DNA from: Squalus acanthias
Taxonomy: Eukaryota
NCBI GenBank assembly: GCA_030390025.1
Contig: CM059432.1
Span: 43,898,001-43,962,000 of the forward strand
Length of the DNA stretch: 64,000 nt
Reading direction: 5' to 3'
Both the position numbers and the translations under genes were made by a program. Within the stretch, counting starts at the first letter, position 1. The number at the start of each line of letters is the position of its first letter. The notes beneath the pieces were generated by a model, which was given only the letters and a program-made list of their open reading frames with translations, did no database searches and was not told the origin of the DNA. Shown piece by piece: positions 60,941-64,000 of the stretch.

Positions 60941-61890
60941 GGGCTGAATTTTCCGTGGTGGTAGCGGGCGTGATCAGTGGCGGGTCAGGTGGCAAAGTTG
61001 CTTTTTTTGACAGTGGGTCAGGAACCAGCTGTCAACTCGCTCCCACGCGCCTTTTCCACATCTGTCAGCTTGGAGCTGACCCGACCTGCAGCGGCAGGGG
61101 ATCCAATTGAAATCATTATGAGGTACTTTACAGGCACTTAAATCAAAAGCCCTTTTCCCCCTACTTTTTAAATTTCCCTGCATGGCCATCGGATTCACAC
61201 AGCTCAGGACCACGTCTGTCAACCTGAGGCGTGAGTTCCGTGGCCATTGTTCCAGCTGATTACTTGACAGCATGGAAAACAAATCAAAATAAAAACATGT
61301 TGATTACAGCAGCTAACAGATTGATGGAGATTCTGTTCTACTTGAAAAGCTACTGGTAAATGTTAATTTCTCACTGGCTATTCTTGGCTGTTGCCTTCCA
61401 ACTGAACAGTAATTGCAGTGAATTGATCTGCACTTTAAAAAATGACATATACCATTTCAATAAATTTTTGTGTTGTTTCTGGTCAGGTTTTTCTCACAGT
61501 ATACTGTGATTGTCCAGTTACACATTAAATCAAGTCATCAACTGTAACAATTTCATTCTCATCACTCATTCCATTGGTTCAATTTGCTTTCACTCATATA
61601 TAACTTTTATTATATGATTGTACAGTAAAGATTCAACACCCACTATGTTAGATTGAACTTAAAATTTAATGTGGCCATGGTCCCTTTAAGGATCCCGGCT
61701 TAAAATGTGTCATTAGTGACGTCACCAGACCCGCTCCATCTAATTCGGCCGGGTAACGTGCTGGGCGGGCTTAATAGGCCCCATTAAGGTAAGTTCATTC
61801 TGTACAGCGGGATGGAGCCAGCAGCAGGGTCGGGACCCACCACGGACATCGGCTACACCGGATCCACCAAAGTAAGGAAAATTCCGGCCC
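60941..61890. mobile_element. Non-autonomous Harbinger
   Basis: Ends GGGCTGAATTTTCC / GGGCCGGAATTTTCC; flanks CAA/AAA. Right end homologous to 59715-59940. Confidence 0.78.
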
Positions 61891-64000
61891 AAAGGAGGGA
61901 TGGAAGAATGGATAGTTGGATGAATGCTTTCACTGAATGAGGAAGATGTTACTTTCTTTCTCACTCAACATCTTCCACATACCATAGGAGTCCAATCCTG
62001 TAGTACACAGGAGGCTGGCCCTCTTTGTATAGATAAAGCAACTAAGGTGAGAACAGATATCTTAAACTTTAGATAAGCTTTAGCGGATAAGTCCAGACAG
62101 CAATGTTTGGTAAAAATTTGAGGATAGCTGCAAGTAACAGCCCCTTTAGACATCTGTAGGCGTAATGTACTTTGGTGTTACCTGTGAGGTTATAACACCA
62201 CAAAAAGCACTGATGTAACCATTTTGTCAATCTTTGGAAAGATGTCCAACATGACATAAATCATTGATTTATAAGCTGTCCGAGTGGAATAAGTGTAACA
62301 TGGCTGTCCTAACATGTGCATCTTGAACACTGTGCTCCACTTCCAATTCATAAGGAGGCAGGCAAAAGACAGAAAAGCAAATTTCTGTTGTAGGTATATC
62401 ACAGAAGTTACTTTAAGCAGGAACTTAAGCATCAGTATGAAAAGACAATATGAGGTCACAAAGTACATTTTCACTCTCCCAAAAGGCAGTTCACCAATTA
62501 ATTAACATTAAAACTGAACAAAAAAAATCAAGACATTTTTGAAACAGGCATGATATAAATAGCATATTGTATTCTAGTGCTTGGGGATATGGAAAATATG
62601 TAATCTGTGAACAGCCTATACTTTATCATTGTAAACTATGAGATCTTCTCTTGTTATTTCTTAAATCGCAACCTAAAATGTACATTATTTGCAGTTCACT
62701 GCGACAAAGCTGATCTTCAATGTTCATTATCCAATATTGTCAGGTTACTCATAGTACTGCTATCCCATAGTATTGATGGCCTGATTTATTGAAACATTTG
62801 TATGAACAAAGCAAGACTCGGACAGGGACAATGCGAACAGGACTGGTCATGCTAATTTCCTGAAAGATGAAAAAGAAAAAATAATATAAATCACGAAACA
62901 ATGTTATATACTTGATTTTTTACATAAAAAATGTTTTAGATTAAATCTATAAAGTAAATTGCAGCTGGGACTGAAAATGTGCACTTGAATTACTTTATTT
63001 ATGAAACAACGTTTGTCAGATGATTTGCCACTCAGACCATAAAGAGACAGACTCATGCTATGATGGCATTAATCAATAGAATAGTTTAAAAAGGCTACAT
63101 TTTGCTAAATTATTATTCTGTTTCAATTTCTGACCCACAGGCATATTCCCATATATATTTTTAGTATTATTAATAAACCTAAAATAAAAAAATAAAAAAT
63201 GAGCAATGACTGAGAGATCCATTGGCCCTGAATATCTGCAGGCCATCCATTCTGGCCTAAGTTCCAGGATGCGGCCACTGGTGACCTTCAGTGCTGACCC
63301 CACCAAAGTATGCAGGATCAGGGGGAGGTCACCATTATAATACCAACAGCAGGCACCCACAGCAATAGGGGCACATCACAGGTGCTCACATTATTATTCT
63401 GTTTCAATTTCACTGGGAAGCTGGGGATCCCGGCTGAGGGTCCCCACTCCATCGAAAACATTGTTTAAACAGCCTATCAACCCCTGTCATAAGAGGGCTG
63501 AAATGCTGTTAATGTTTTTCTTAAATCTGCATGGACCCAGTCCACAACCCAGGCCTGTACTCCAGAGTGGACTCTACTTCCACTGGCCACCACACTTGTC
63601 TTCACTTTGCATACTAGCCAGGAATCAGGAGGCTCCTGGCCTGGAAATTCCTTTCATAGGCCTGAAACAGGCACTGGGTCCCCTATTTCCATGTGCAAAG
63701 AGTCTAATGCCTATTTCAGGCATGGGTCCTGGACACCTATGTAGGAGGAGCCTTTACCACGATGGCAGGCAATGTACTTTCAGCGCAGAATGTGCGCACA
63801 CATGCCGCCTGCCATAGTGAACGCTTAATTTATTTCTCTTGGAATCTTCATAAGCTTCTATTCTATCTTATTTTAAAAATCCAATTATTTCATCCAAATA
63901 TCTGCCCCATGTTTATTTATATATGTATGTAATATTTGAAACAAAATATTTTACCTTTGTTACATCAACAAAGTTCACACATTCAAGCCAAGTGTTCAGA

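Overview
Eukaryotic, almost entirely transposon-derived DNA. The repeat content points to a cartilaginous fish, probably a shark: HE1-like tRNA SINE, CR1 LINEs with SGNH-esterase ORF1, and Penelope elements with a CTGANGA...GAAAGCTT tail. No host gene is securely identified; only a few orphan exon-like islands. Contents: four large PIF/Harbinger elements (convergent HARBI1-type transposase plus three-exon Myb/SANT gene), one a single nonsense codon from intact; about 10 non-autonomous Harbinger derivatives; several CR1 LINEs; an ORF1-less Zenon-like LINE with a tRNA-derived 5' head; two ~1.4-1.5 kb solo LTRs with 4-bp TSDs; Penelope elements with minimal hammerhead ribozymes, including a 200-bp fold-back mini-element; nesting up to four levels. 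Most notable: mosaic Harbingers whose Myb DNA-binding exon and termini diverge far more than the adjacent intron and core, the tRNA-headed LINE, and the palindromic hammerhead element. All alignments and counts were done by eye; no database searches were run.
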